Made by a program: the position numbers and the translations under genes. A DNA stretch of 64,000 nt from Neocallimastix sp. 'constans' (Eukaryota): assembly GCA_050613775.1 (NCBI GenBank), contig JBODTK010000001.1, positions 124,001 through 188,000 on the forward strand, given 5' to 3'. Shown here in pieces: positions 28,442-40,974 of this stretch (its first letter is position 1; every line of letters begins with the position of its first letter). The notes under the pieces are model-generated. The model searched no databases. It was not told where the DNA came from and saw only the letters and a list, made by a program, of their open reading frames with translations.

Positions 28442-29210
28442 AATTCATTATTATTCATTCGCTGTAGGATAGATTTTCAATTCTAAATCATTTAAAAAAG
28501 GTATACCTAGGTAGGTAGGTATGATAGCCATTCGTTTTTTTTGGGTCAACTCTTGTCTTGAAAGGTAAAAGGTAAAAGGTAGGGTTACTACGATTAAGAA
28601 ATCTAGAAACTTTTCCCCTCATACTACTAAACTTGCGACATTTATTGATACCAAATTGTATTTCATTATTTCTAGTCCATTTACTGGCTAAATTTTAACA
28701 ATTTCTTAAGTTCAGAATCTTGTTGGACGACTTAACACAATGTCATCTGCAAAGAGACCTCCACAACAACAACATTTATCACCAATGGAAATTCCATATT
28801 TATTACCATTTATTAAAAAAATGTCATTAATGAATAAGTTAAAATTAAAATTGATGAGAGGGAGACAACCTTGACAAATACCTTTCTTAGTACTAAATGA
28901 TTCCGATAATTATCCATCAATCCTTTACACAAGCCATGGAAGATAAGTATATAAATTTTCAATAAAATTATATAACACTTACCTCTCTGATACCTTAAGT
29001 GATGAATCTTCATTAATACATTTATATATAGGAACAGAGTCAAACGCTATCCAAAAAAAAAGCAAGGTAAGTATTTTTACTATTTTCAAATTTTCGTCTC
29101 TGATATATAATTCTGAATGAAGTGTTAAAGACTTCTATACTCATCTCGGTTATGAAATCCATATTGTTTTGGTTTGATAAATCTTTTATCAATTCCCATA
29201 TTTGAAGATT
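26519..29210 (-). mobile_element. Degenerate non-LTR retrotransposon (LINE), 3' half of ORF2 (RT core to C-terminus) plus probable 3' UTR and poly(A)
   Basis: Minus-strand, frameshifted motifs: KYG.DKRFIKPKQYGF (~29205-29155), QRRKFEN..TYLAF, DSVPIY, LMKIHHL, RGKCY, QGC..FNLFINDIF (~28875-28818), GGLFADDIVL (FADD 28753-28742) and YLGIPF (~28513-28497). Further decayed coding-like sequence runs to ~27200. The 3' boundary at the poly-T (26519-26535) is tentative. Confidence 0.85.
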
Positions 29211-30068
29211 ATAGATAATAAATAAATAAATAATAAATAATTAAATAGTTGAATAATAAATAATAAATAATAAATAATTAATATTCTATAAATAAATGAT
29301 AAATAGTAATTGTATATAAAAAAATTTTTTTCATAAATATATAGTGGTTTAGTTTAAAAATAAATAAATACGTTACAATAAATAAATAAATAAATAAATA
29401 AATAAATGAATAAATAAATAATCCAAAAATTATTAATTAAACAAATATATATAAATGAATATATCAATTAATAAATAAATAAATAAATAAAAATTTAATT
29501 TTAATTTTGTATTATAGTTTAATAATAAATAAATAATTAATAAATAAATAATTAATAAATAAATAAATAATAAATAATAAATAATAAATAATAAATAAAT
29601 AAATAAATAAATAAATAAATAGGATAAATTTATATTTAATTAAAAATAATTTCTATTTTTTTTGGTAAATATTTATCTTTTTTTTTTGGTAGAGTTAAAA
29701 ATAAATATTTAAATTTTGATAAAAATTATTTAGCTGTAATGAATATTATTTATATTATAAAATAATTTAATAAAATAAAAAAAGTTTCTAATTTTATTAA
29801 AAAATATATATATATATATATAAATACTTTTGAAAAGTTTCTTTATTTTTTTTTCCCCTTTATTCTTTACAAGTTTATAATCATTTATTCATTTAACTTT
29901 TTCTTCAATTAGTTTTGAATAAATCAATAACATATTAATTTTTTAAAGATTATCTTCTTTATTTCTTAAATTAAAAAATTTAATTTTAAAACTTTTTTTT
30001 TTTTTATATATACATTATTTAATTTTTTTTATTAAAACAAAAAAAAAAAAAAAAAAAGAAATCAAAAA

Positions 30069-31532
30069 ATGTTCGTTACTTTTTCTCAATCTGAAGTTGC
30101 TCAATCCTCCATTGCCTCTGCTAACGAATTATCTTATACTGAAAATGGTGCTATTGGTTATAAAACTTCTGGAAAAGAATTACTTGATATCAATTTTGCA
30201 ATCTCATCTATGAGAAATAGATGTCAAAAATAAATATATTTAAAAGTTTTCGAGGAAGATCAAATGCTCGCTGTGAAATGGTTTTTTTATGCTAGAGATT
30301 GTAGAAGTGGTGTCGGTGAGAGAAGACTTTTCCGTATTTGTTTAGAATTATTATCTCAACATCATGTCGACATGGCTCGTGTTCTTTTATCTCTTGTTCC
30401 GGAATACGGTCGTTGGGATGATTTATTTGGATTAATGAAGGGAAATTTACAAAGATGATGTCTTTAGGATGGCTTAAAAATCAATTAGAAAAAGATAAGA
30501 TTAATATGAATGAAAATAAATTCATTTCACTTTGCGCTAAATGGATGCCTTCTGGAAATACTTCTTATAAGGAAACAAGACAATTAGCAAGAATTTTTCA
30601 TTAAAAAGTTCAAATGTTCTGAAAGGAAATACCGTCAATTACTTTCTAAATTACGTTCATTTTCCAAAGTAATTGAGGTGGCGATGAGTGTTAAAAAGTG
30701 GGATGAAATTAATTATGCGGCTGTTCCTTCCAGAGCTAATCTTATTTATAAGAAGGCTTTCCTTAGAAATGATAGAGAAAGACGATTAGCCTATCTTGGA
30801 AAGATAAAGAGAGGAGAAACAAAAATTAATTCTGAGGTGCTCTTCCCTCATGATTATATAATACGAAGGTCGATGATACTTTAGAAGAACTTTGGAAAGG
30901 ATTTACCAGATTATGTTCAAGGAAATGGAAATACCATCTGTGTCGTTGACACCTCCGGAAGTATGACAACCATGGCATCAAGAAGTTCTGGTAAATTTAA
31001 AAATAAATTTATTACATTCAGTTCTTCTTCAACCCTTGTCGATTTTGAGGATGCTGATACCCTGAGAGAAAAACTTAGTATTATTCATAAACATAGTATA
31101 TGTAGTAATACTAATATTGAAGCGGTATTCGATTTAATATTAAGCCATGCTACAAATAATAAACTGGGACAAGAGGAACTTCCAAACAATATTCTTATTC
31201 TCTCAGATTGTGAATTTGATAGTATGGTGAATATTAATGGGGGTGAAAGACCAACCAATACTTTCTTTGATAATATGAAGATTCGATTTAAAAATAATGG
31301 ATATATACTTCCAAGATTAGTATTTTGGAATATTTGTGGAAGAAGTGGTACCATTCCAGTTCAAAAGAACTCTCTTGGAGTTGCTTTGGTAAGCGGATTT
31401 AGTCCAGCAGTTGCAAAAATGGTTCTTAGTAACAAAACCGGTCCATTTGAATGTCTTCTAGAACAACTCAATGACAAGAGGTATCAACCAGTTGAAGATG
31501 CTATAAAAGGTATAATAGCAAAGGCGTCTTAA
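30069..31532 (+). pseudogene. DUF2828-family (TROVE-like + VWA) protein, disrupted
   Basis: ATG at 30069, then TENGAIGYKTSG..LLDINF; KWFFYARDCRSGVGERRLFR; PEYGRWDDL; SLCAKWMPS; INYAAVPSRA; LFPHD; VVDTSGSM (MIDAS DxSxS); TNIEAVFDLIL; ILSDCEFD; PRLVFWN; LVSGFSP. In-frame TAA at 30231, several frameshifts and apparent internal deletions; intronless. Confidence 0.85.
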
Positions 31533-32056
31533 ATTGATAAATGTATATATATGAATATATATACATATATAAAAACATATATAAAAGAAAATTATTATTT
31601 TCTTAGAAAAAGAAAAAAAAAATACATATATATATATATTTATATATATAAAAAAAATAATGAATCAATTAATATATATATATAAATAATATTAAATATA
31701 CTAATAAAATAAAATTATAAGTATTTAAATGAAAATTATCTCATATAAATAATATACCCAAAATTCATTTAAATAAAATTATTGATCTATTATAAAAATA
31801 AAACAATAACAGAAAGTTTTAAAACTAATATAATAATATTAAAAAAAATTATATATATATATATATATATAGTTAAAATAAAAATTATATCATAATTTTT
31901 CATGTAAATATAGTAAATATAGTATAAAAAAAATTATTATTAATATTAATAATAATCAAATAAATATTTTTTATATATATATATTTTTTTATTTAAATAG
32001 AAAAAAAAAAAATATTTTTGTTATAATTTAATTATATAGTTCTTGTTTAAGAAATC

Positions 32057-32089
<33 letters not shown>

Positions 32090-33024
32090 AAAATAAAATT
32101 TAAAAAAAAGTGCTTGTTTTAAGCAAAAAAAAAAATTGTTAAAATATTAATTATATTGTTTAAAGATAATAGTTTAAATAAAAATGTCTTTCATGAATAC
32201 TATTAAAATATTGTTTAATTAATAAAATATTTATATATATTTAAATTTAAATAAATAATATAAAATGCCTTTTTTTTATTATTTTTTTTTATGTTATTTA
32301 TGCTAAAAACAGTATTATTCTTTAAATATTCTATTATATAAAAAATAAAATTGTATCATTTATAATTAATAATATATTATATATATATATATATATATTT
32401 TTTTTTTAACTTATTTAATAACATATTCAATGTACAAAATATATAAAAAATTAATTTTTGATAAAATATATTTTTCAAAAAAAAAAAAAAAATATTTTTA
32501 ATTTATAAAAAATTAATTTAATATTAATCTCATTGATAAAGCCTCGAAATTATTATATAGTATTTAAATTCATTCTTCATGATCTAATAGATAGTTACTT
32601 TGGCCATGGCCATTGTTTCATGGGCTTGACTTACACCTCCCCCCATTATGCAAAAAAAAAAAAAAAAAAAAAAAAAATAATTATTCTATTAATTATTATT
32701 ATTATTTAATAACTTCCTTTAATATTCTTTCTGTGTAAAAATTATTAAAAAAAAAAAAATTAAAGATTCTTTCAGTTTGTAATTTAGTCGAAATAAATTT
32801 AGAAATTCTTGTTTTAGAAATTATTGTGTTCTTTCTTTTTTTTTTTTTTTTTTTTTTTTTTCATAAGATTTATTTTCATCAATTAAAATCTATTTCTAGA
32901 AACTTTTTATTACTAATTATTAAAAAAAAATCTTTCTTAATACTTCTCAAATATTATTAGTACCTTTTAAAACATTTTTTTCCTAATAAAAGTATTAAAT
33001 AGTATGAAATTCATGACTGAAAAA

Positions 33025-33074
<50 letters not shown>

Positions 33075-33404
33075 TAATTAACTTATATAAGTTATTTGAA
33101 ATATTACATCGACTAATTAATTAATAAATTATTGTTTAATTTTTTTTTTTTTTTTAATATAGTATTAAATCAAAAAAAAAAAAAAAATTATTTTTTAATA
33201 AAACATATTCCTTTTTTTCTCTTTCTAAGTGTACCGACCTGTTTATGTCAACTCCTCTTGTTTACAATAAAAGCTCCCTACCGACTAACAACATGACACC
33301 AACACCTTTGGTGCAATCTACTCCTGACCCGGTCAAGGAATTAGTGCTATTGGACTACTAATAATTTTACCAAAATTTACCCTAAAGGTCTTCTTAGTTT
33401 TGAA

Positions 33405-34100
33405 GTTTCAAAACTCTGATTGACAGCCTTCATTTATATGACAGTATTGACTAGAAATTCCACACCAAACCATACTTAAGTACAACATTCACCTTTTTAA
33501 TATTTACCATACTTACTACCACATCTTCCTTTAGTACTAATAATTTCAATGCACTTAACCAAATTCCGATTGACAACCTGCTCCACAGTACATTTCACTC
33601 TTTCCATACCATCCATACTAACTACAGCAGTATCCTTTGGCACAATTACCAAAACCTTTACCACATCTATCTATCTGTACTTTCCTTAATTTCATCTCTA
33701 CAGGTACCATATTCGGATTGGCAACAACCCTTATCCATCTTACAATATTTATCAGACTTTCTACACCAATCAAATTCACTACAAGAGTAACCTTCAGCTA
33801 CAGCTACCAATTCCTTCACCACTTTTCCATGAATCACGGGTTTGCTGATCTTCTTCTTCTTCTTCTTCACTTAATTGAATTTCTCCTTCCCTTGGTTGTT
33901 CTTTTTACAATTGGGTTGTTTTTCTCCTTCAGAAGATTGGTCTTTGCCTTTACTTGGTTGTTCTCTCTCACTTGGTTCTTCAATTTTTTTTCCTTATTTA
34001 CTTTTTCTTCTTCTTCTTCGTCTTCTTCTTCATTTTCTTCTTGCCTTTTATTTTCTTCTTATTCTTCATTTCCTTCTTCTTCTTCTTCAACTTCTTTATT
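33405..34100 (-). pseudogene. Fragment of a gene with an acidic linker and three CBM18 (chitin-binding type 1) repeats, decayed
   Basis: Minus strand: EEEEE-rich linker, then GEGIGSC..GYSCSEFDWCRKSDKYCKMDKGCCQSEYGTC; RCGKGFGNCAKGYCCS*YGWYGKSEMYCGAGCQSEFG; RCGSKYGK..GECC..CGISSQYCHINEGCQSEF. Stops and frameshifts present; no N-terminus. Confidence 0.8.
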
Positions 34101-34774
34101 GAGATTCTATTAACGATGATTTTCTTCACAATTTTTAATCCATTATTAATAAGAGAGAAGTGCCACGATAGTTATTACAGTCTGCTGGATTGGTCCTTTT
34201 TTTATTGAATAGAAATTATCGATGCGTTATTCCATGATTTTGGAAAATTACCATTCTAAACATGATTGATGAAGGGCTTTTGAGACTTTTTTAAAACCAT
34301 ATAAAATATTATTTTTATTTTCACTAGATTCTTCTGAATCAATCTTTACCAAGGAATCAAAACTTTGATGAATTCCATTGGAATACCGTCAGCTCCAAAA
34401 AGCTTTAAAGTTAGGGGCTAGGTGAGATCGCCTCACTAATTTCTTCATCGCTTAATATCTTATTTAATTTCCTAATTTTGTTGCCAAATATGGAGTCTCC
34501 AAATATTTCTAAGTGCATCAGAATTTTTCCAGAAATAATTAGAAAGACTATGACCTGAAGAAATCTGACGCTTGGAATTTATAATGAGAATGACAAACTT
34601 TTTATTTTTTATCTGAAGAAGATACTAATTTATTGTTTATTATTTTTATTAGGATAGGAGGACCGTAAAAGACACAATTATTCATTTTTGCATTCTTTTT
34701 TACCATTTCCATGTTTTTATTACTATCATTTTTTAAGAGTTAACGAACATCCAGTTTTTATCCAATATAAATAT

Positions 34775-34847
<73 letters not shown>

Positions 34848-36430
34848 TACATTTTTTATGAATTGAATCTCATACTCTATTATACAACTCAATAATTTTC
34901 GAAAATCCATTGGAATCACTTACAGATTTATAATTTATAATGTGTAATTTGTTTATACCTTAAATGATTTACTTTTTTATGACAATAAATTTTAAGGAAC
35001 ATTCTAAAGCATTGCATTTCTATTTTATGTTGAATATGTAATAGGTAAAATCCTTAGCAATGGAATTTGTAGTGTTGATGAACTTTTCAGTTATACTATC
35101 TGATGAAAGGTCTCCATTTCCTAATTCTTCACTATGAATTATTAAATTTATTGTGATTAAAAATTTTTTTCTTAAGTTCAAGACATTTATACTTATCTCA
35201 CCTAATAAATTTTTTTTTTGGTAAAAAAAAAAAAAAATGATTCATCTGTTGTAGTTTTCTTGCAGCAAACTACAAGCAGTTTATGATCAGATATAGAAGG
35301 ATAATACACCAAATAAGCACTTGACATCTTATCCAGAATACTTGAGATGACTATTGTATGATCAATATCTGATGAAAATCTACCTCTAGTTCATGAAATA
35401 GGTGAACCATTAATTGGAAGAATAAAACCAGTTACCAAGGTTACTGTTGGTTAATTTATCTTGTAAATCAGCGGTGCTCATGTTAAAGTCTCCATAAGAA
35501 GAAGAATAGATGGATGATTTGTTTGATTCTGAAGCCATGAGAAAATTTCAGAGATTGCATATTGGACTTGTAATGAGTGTTTTATTCGTGGTAATATAGA
35601 CATTACTTACAGAACACTTAGAGTGATTCCAAAGATTATATGTTGTTAAAGAAACAAGATGAATATAGTAATTATCTTCAAAGGACTGCATGAAATGAGT
35701 CATGATTCCTAAGATATAACCCTCAGCTACCTGACACATTTGGATCGATTCTTTTCTGGAAATATCTGTAGTTGAGAAGTATTAATTTACATGGATATCT
35801 AGCATCATTGATACCATTACCTGTTTTCTGAAAACATAGAAATAATGGTTTAAAAACCGTGTGGAAGTACTCAATACTATCTCTTTTCAAAAAATTCCTT
35901 CCATTGGTATTCCAACTAAGATAAAAAAAAAAAAAAAAAAATTTTCTGTGTTAGAATGTTAAACTGGATTTTGAGAATTAAGATTAGGTATAATTGAGAG
36001 CATTGAGTTCATGACTGTCATTTATAGCATTTATTAAATTAGTTGAACTGAGATTTACTGAATTCTTATTAATAGATTTATTATTGGATATTGAATTTTA
36101 TTTTAAATACTTAAAAAAAAAAAAAAACCTTATGATTCCATTTGGAACATCTACAATATGAAATTTTTACTCCTGGGATTGCTTTTTCAAATACTTTTAC
36201 AAATTTTGTGTAGTTGAAATTTAGAGTGTATACTTTAATCCTGAAGAAATTTTCACTTGTTTTTAGTAATTTCATTTCACTAACAAAATATAATTCTTGA
36301 ATTTTTTTGCGTTTAGAATGAATAAATTCCTTCATTTTAGCATTGGTCCATGAGTGTATTTCACGAGTAAAAAAAATCAACCTTGTGTTATCAATAGATG
36401 TTCCATAACAGCGAGAACTCCGGTGAAATA
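34101..36430 (-). mobile_element. Degenerate LINE, 5' half (possible ORF1 end, APE endonuclease, pre-RT region of ORF2)
   Basis: Endonuclease motifs NVYI, GDFN (35493-35482), SDIDH (~35372-35358) and SISDHKLL (~35297-35274). Pre-RT motifs GADGIPMEFIK (~34396-34364), FPKSWNNASIISI, DCNNYRG (NYRG 34173-34162) and INNGLKIVKKIIVNRIS ending at ~34101. May extend to ~37200. Confidence 0.85.
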
Positions 36431-37199
36431 TCTTTTTCCATAATGAATTATAAATTACGAATTGATAGAAATGAAACTAATATAAACTAAAATACTAAAA
36501 ACTAAGAAATATAAATATAAAATTAAAAATAAAAAAAAAATATAAATATAGAAAAATTAAAAAAAAAAAAAATAATTAAAAGAAGTTTTTCCTTTGTCTT
36601 GTATTTGTCAATTATTTAAGTAAAATAAATCACTTGAATATTTTGTTATAATGAATAATTTTTTTTTCTATTTTTTGAATTATTGTTTTTCAATTTGATT
36701 AATAAAGCTTTGATTAATGTAACATTTTTTCTGTAAAATAATCATATATAAACTAAAATGAAAAGGTAAATAAAACAATAGTAGTGAAAAATAAATAAAG
36801 TCTTAAACATAAGATTTGGTGTGAATCAATCTCTTACATTTCCATTTTATAATAGCTACATTAAATGCTACAGAAAAATACATATATAAAATAATACTAA
36901 AGTACAAAAATACAATAAAATCATTACAATGATAATGTGAAGAAACTACCTGGTGATATTATTAATTATACAACTTTAATGTAACTATATATATATTCAT
37001 TTTAAAACAATATAAAACATCAGATTCAACATTCTATAGTCTTCCTATATTCTAAATTTTCTCTCTTTGTACTAGAAGTCACCTAAGAAAGGATAACCAT
37101 CAATTATCATCAGAATTACTGAAAGATGTAATTAGTACATCTGAGATAAGCCATTCCTTTTTCCATCAACCCTCAGTGGACTTAGAAAAACAGTCATTG

Positions 37200-37243
37200 A
37201 AATAATAATAGTAGTAATAGTAATAGTAATAATAATAATAATA

Positions 37244-37274
<31 letters not shown>

Positions 37275-37440
37275 TAGTAATAATAGTAGTAATAGTAGTA
37301 ATAATAATAATAATAATATTAATAATAGTAGTAGTAGTTAAAGTAGTAAGAGTAATAATAATAATAATAATAACAGTAGTAGTAATAGTAGTAATAATAA
37401 TAATAACAGTAGTAACAGTAGTAATAATAATAATAGTAGG
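37200..37440. repeat. (AAT/AGT)n trinucleotide microsatellite
   Basis: Directly visible. Confidence 0.9.
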
Positions 37441-37472
37441 TATAAAAAAATAATAAAAATTAAATAAATGTA

Positions 37473-37518
<46 letters not shown>

Positions 37519-37881
37519 ATATAATTATATAAAAAGAATAAATTTTTTATTTTTAAATCTTTTTTTTTTTTTTTCTATTTTTATTCTATTTATTTTTATA
37601 TTTTAATTTAAAAAGAATATTTTTAAAAAAAATAATTAATAGCTAAAAAAAAAAACTTTTTTATTTGATAATTTAATATTGTTATTAATAATTAAAATAA
37701 AATAAAAGAATTATAATATTAATTTAACTAAATATAAATTTATGATTTAAACAAAATAAATAAAATAAGATAAATGAAAATAAGAATTTTTACTTTTATG
37801 TATATATATATACATATATAAAACTTGATAAAGATATATTATTTATCCATCAATTTATTAAATATTTTTTTATTTATCAAT

Positions 37882-38349
37882 TTATTTGAAATCTGGTAAA
37901 ACTTCTTTGGTATTCTTATTTTGTAAAATATAACGAGTATTACCAGCAACTCTGTCATATATCTAAAAAAAGAAAAAGTTAAAATATAATAATAAAACAT
38001 TAATATTAATATTTATTAATATATACCAAAAAAAAAAAAAAAAAAAAAAAATATTAGTACTTTATTATTATTGTTTATTGTATGGTAATCATTGGTATAA
38101 ATAAAAAAAAAAAAATAATATTGTAAATAAATCAATAATATTTACTTCAAGACAAGGAATATTCTTTCCGTTATAGTCATCATAACTAGATTTAAATACT
38201 TCAGGGTGTTGTTCAAAGTATTTAGTCATAGTTGGATAAACTATAAATTAAAATATAAACATAATAAATAAATTAATAAATACATAAAAAATATATATAT
38301 ATTAAAATATAAAAATGTAAAAATATAAAAAAAATATATATATAAATAT

Positions 38350-38381
<32 letters not shown>

Positions 38382-38429
38382 TAAAATTTTTATTATTAAT
38401 TAAATTCTATAATTTATGAATAAAATAAA

Positions 38430-38465
<36 letters not shown>

Positions 38466-38795
38466 TTTAATATATAGATATATATATATAATTTCATTAA
38501 ATTTATTACCTCTCATTGGAGCAAACATCATTGAGAATGGTTCTAAAATTTTCATTGTAGTACACGGATAGTAAGCTTGAACACTTTCATCATTTTCTTC
38601 TATTTCAATAATTTCAAGTTCCATTTCCTTAAGTTTATTTAAGGTTTCTATATCTGGATTTTTAATAATTGCTCCAACAAATGAACGTAATTTATCTTTT
38701 TATATATTATTTATATTATATTATATATATTTATATATATAATATTTTATTATATTATGTTTGGTTTTGTTTTGTTATGTTAAATATAAATAAAA

Positions 38796-38889
<94 letters not shown>

Positions 38890-39421
38890 TTAGGTTATTT
38901 ATAAATATTTTTTATAAAAAAAAAATAATTCATTATTTTTATAAAACCAATAATATCTTTAATATTTACCAGCTGGAACATTTTGAACTTGATCAAAGTA
39001 AAGACCAATATATATAACATCAATATTGGCTTCTGTTATTTTCTTTTCTAATTCATTGAATGGTTTTCCAGTATTTTGATATGGACCTTTTTATTATATT
39101 TATATTATTTTTTGAATAAAAAAAAAAAAAAGAAAAGAAATTACTAATTAAAGTTAAAACATTTTAAAATAATTATTTTTATTATTTTATTTATTTCAAG
39201 TATATATAAAATAAAATTATATATATATGTAATTTTTTTTTTAAAAAAAAAGGAGAAATAAAATTGTTTATAGGCCAACCCTTAAATCGAATACCAGCTA
39301 CAGTCATTTTTGGTACCTTATCTCTTATAACATTAATTTTGTAAAAAAATCCTAATTCATTCATTATATAACCAATAAAAGCGGCAATAATAAATACAAT
39401 TGAATTTAAAAAGAAATTCAT
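37882..39421 (-). CDS. TEX264-like protein (N-terminal TM anchor + GyrI-like domain); 5 exons, 206 aa
   Basis: Exons 39421-39280, 39086-38970, 38695-38510, 38240-38146 and 37962-37882, all GT..AG and in frame. Product: MNFFLNSIVFIIAAFIGYIMNELGFFYKINVIRDKVPKMTVAGIRFKGPYQNTGKPFNELEKKITEANIDVIYIGLYFDQVQNVPADKLRSFVGAII...VQAYYPCTT...FSMMFAPMRVYPTMTKY...IPCLEIYDRVAGNTRYILQNKNTKEVLPDFK*. Motifs G.Y..TG..F, YFD...VP.DK.R..VG.I, R.YP and P.LEIY are collinear with TEX264/GyrI-like proteins. Confidence 0.85.
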
Positions 39422-39894
39422 TTTTATTTATTTTTTTTTTTTTAAACAATGAAAAAAAAGAAAAGTAAAGTTAAAAATATTATTTTTATTTAAGTGTATA
39501 TAAAGTAGTATAAAAAATGTTAATATAAAGATAAGAAATTAAATAATAAAAAAAAAAAAAAAGTGAAAGAAAATTTTCTTGTTTTTTATATTCCATTTAT
39601 GATTTATTAAATGCCTTTTATTTTTTATTATCCATTTACTGATATTACTTCGCCACCGATAAAAATGATGATAATTAAAAATTAAAAATTATATTTTAAT
39701 AAATTTCTTAATATAAATATTATTATTATAAATTAACCTATTTGAAAATTTTAATTTTTTTATATTTTAATTAATGATTAAATTTTCTGGTTGATTATTG
39801 GATAGGATAGTATTTTTTTTTTTTATTTTTAAAAAGTTTCTAATGTGACATAATAAAATTATAAAAAGGTAAAAAAAAAAAAAAAAATAAATTA

Positions 39895-40115
39895 TAATAT
39901 TATACATTATAAATAAAAACGCCATTGTATGATGAACTGTTATTATAATAATTAAAAAAAATAATAATAAAAGAGAATATTATATATTATAAATAAAAAC
40001 GCCATTATAAGATGAACTAATTTATTAATATAATAATTAAAAAAAAAAAAATAAAAGACAATATTATACATTATAAATAAAAACGCCATTAAAAAATGAA
40101 CTGCTTTTTATAATA
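39895..40115. repeat. Three ~80-bp tandem copies with core attataaataaaaacgccatt...atgaact, upstream of the TEX264-like gene
   Basis: Cores near 39906, 39986 and 40069. Confidence 0.8.
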
Positions 40116-40448
40116 AATAAAAAAAAAAATTAAAGAGAAACATGCTTCCTTGTTTTTTATATAAATCATTACGTATTTTTTTTTTCATTTCTATAGAAAA
40201 AATTTTCTAAATTTGGAATAGGTAATTATCAAATTTTATTAATTTATTATTATTGTTATTAATATTATTATTAATACTAATATTAATTATTTGTTACTTA
40301 TTATTATTATTATTATTATTATTCATTTATTATTTATTATTCAATTATTTCATTTATTAATAATAATAATATTATTAATAATTAATAGAAACAATAAATA
40401 ATAATAATAATAATAATAAATAGAAATTAAATTAATAACTTTATTAGA

Positions 40449-40495
<47 letters not shown>

Positions 40496-40974
40496 GCAAT
40501 AGAAAATTGAATTACTTTCATTGTATTTTTTTCTTTAAAGAAAAAAGAAAGGATAAATTAAATAAAAAAATATTTGAAGCTATTTTTCTTTTTTTATTTT
40601 TTTTATATTATGATCTATTTTTCATCATATAAATAAGTATAATTTATTTTGTATTTTAAATTAAAACTACGATATTAAAAAAAAAAAAATTTTTTTTTTA
40701 TTAATTTTAGAATAATTTAAAATTAATATTACATTTAATGTGGATTGTTTAAATCAAAAAATATCATTAGTTATTTCTTTCAATTTTTTTTTTTATTAGA
40801 TTTATCTTATGTAATATAAATTAGAAGGTTTTGCTTCAAATTATTTTTTTTATAGAATGTAGTAAGTACAACCTAAATAATTTTAAAACAAAAAATAAAA
40901 AGATAATTATTTTTTTAAAAAATATAATACTAAATAAAATTATTCCGTTTTTTTTTTTTTTTTTCTTTTTTAAC

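Noticed and set aside
32575..32655. TGGCCATGGCCA palindrome as a Helitron 3' hairpin
   Set aside because: No CTRR terminus at the expected distance, and it does not coincide with the insert boundaries.
37020..37200. Possible hammerhead ribozyme (CTGATGA on the minus strand followed by a hairpin)
   Set aside because: No GAAA after stem II and no closing stems; more likely decayed LINE 5' sequence.
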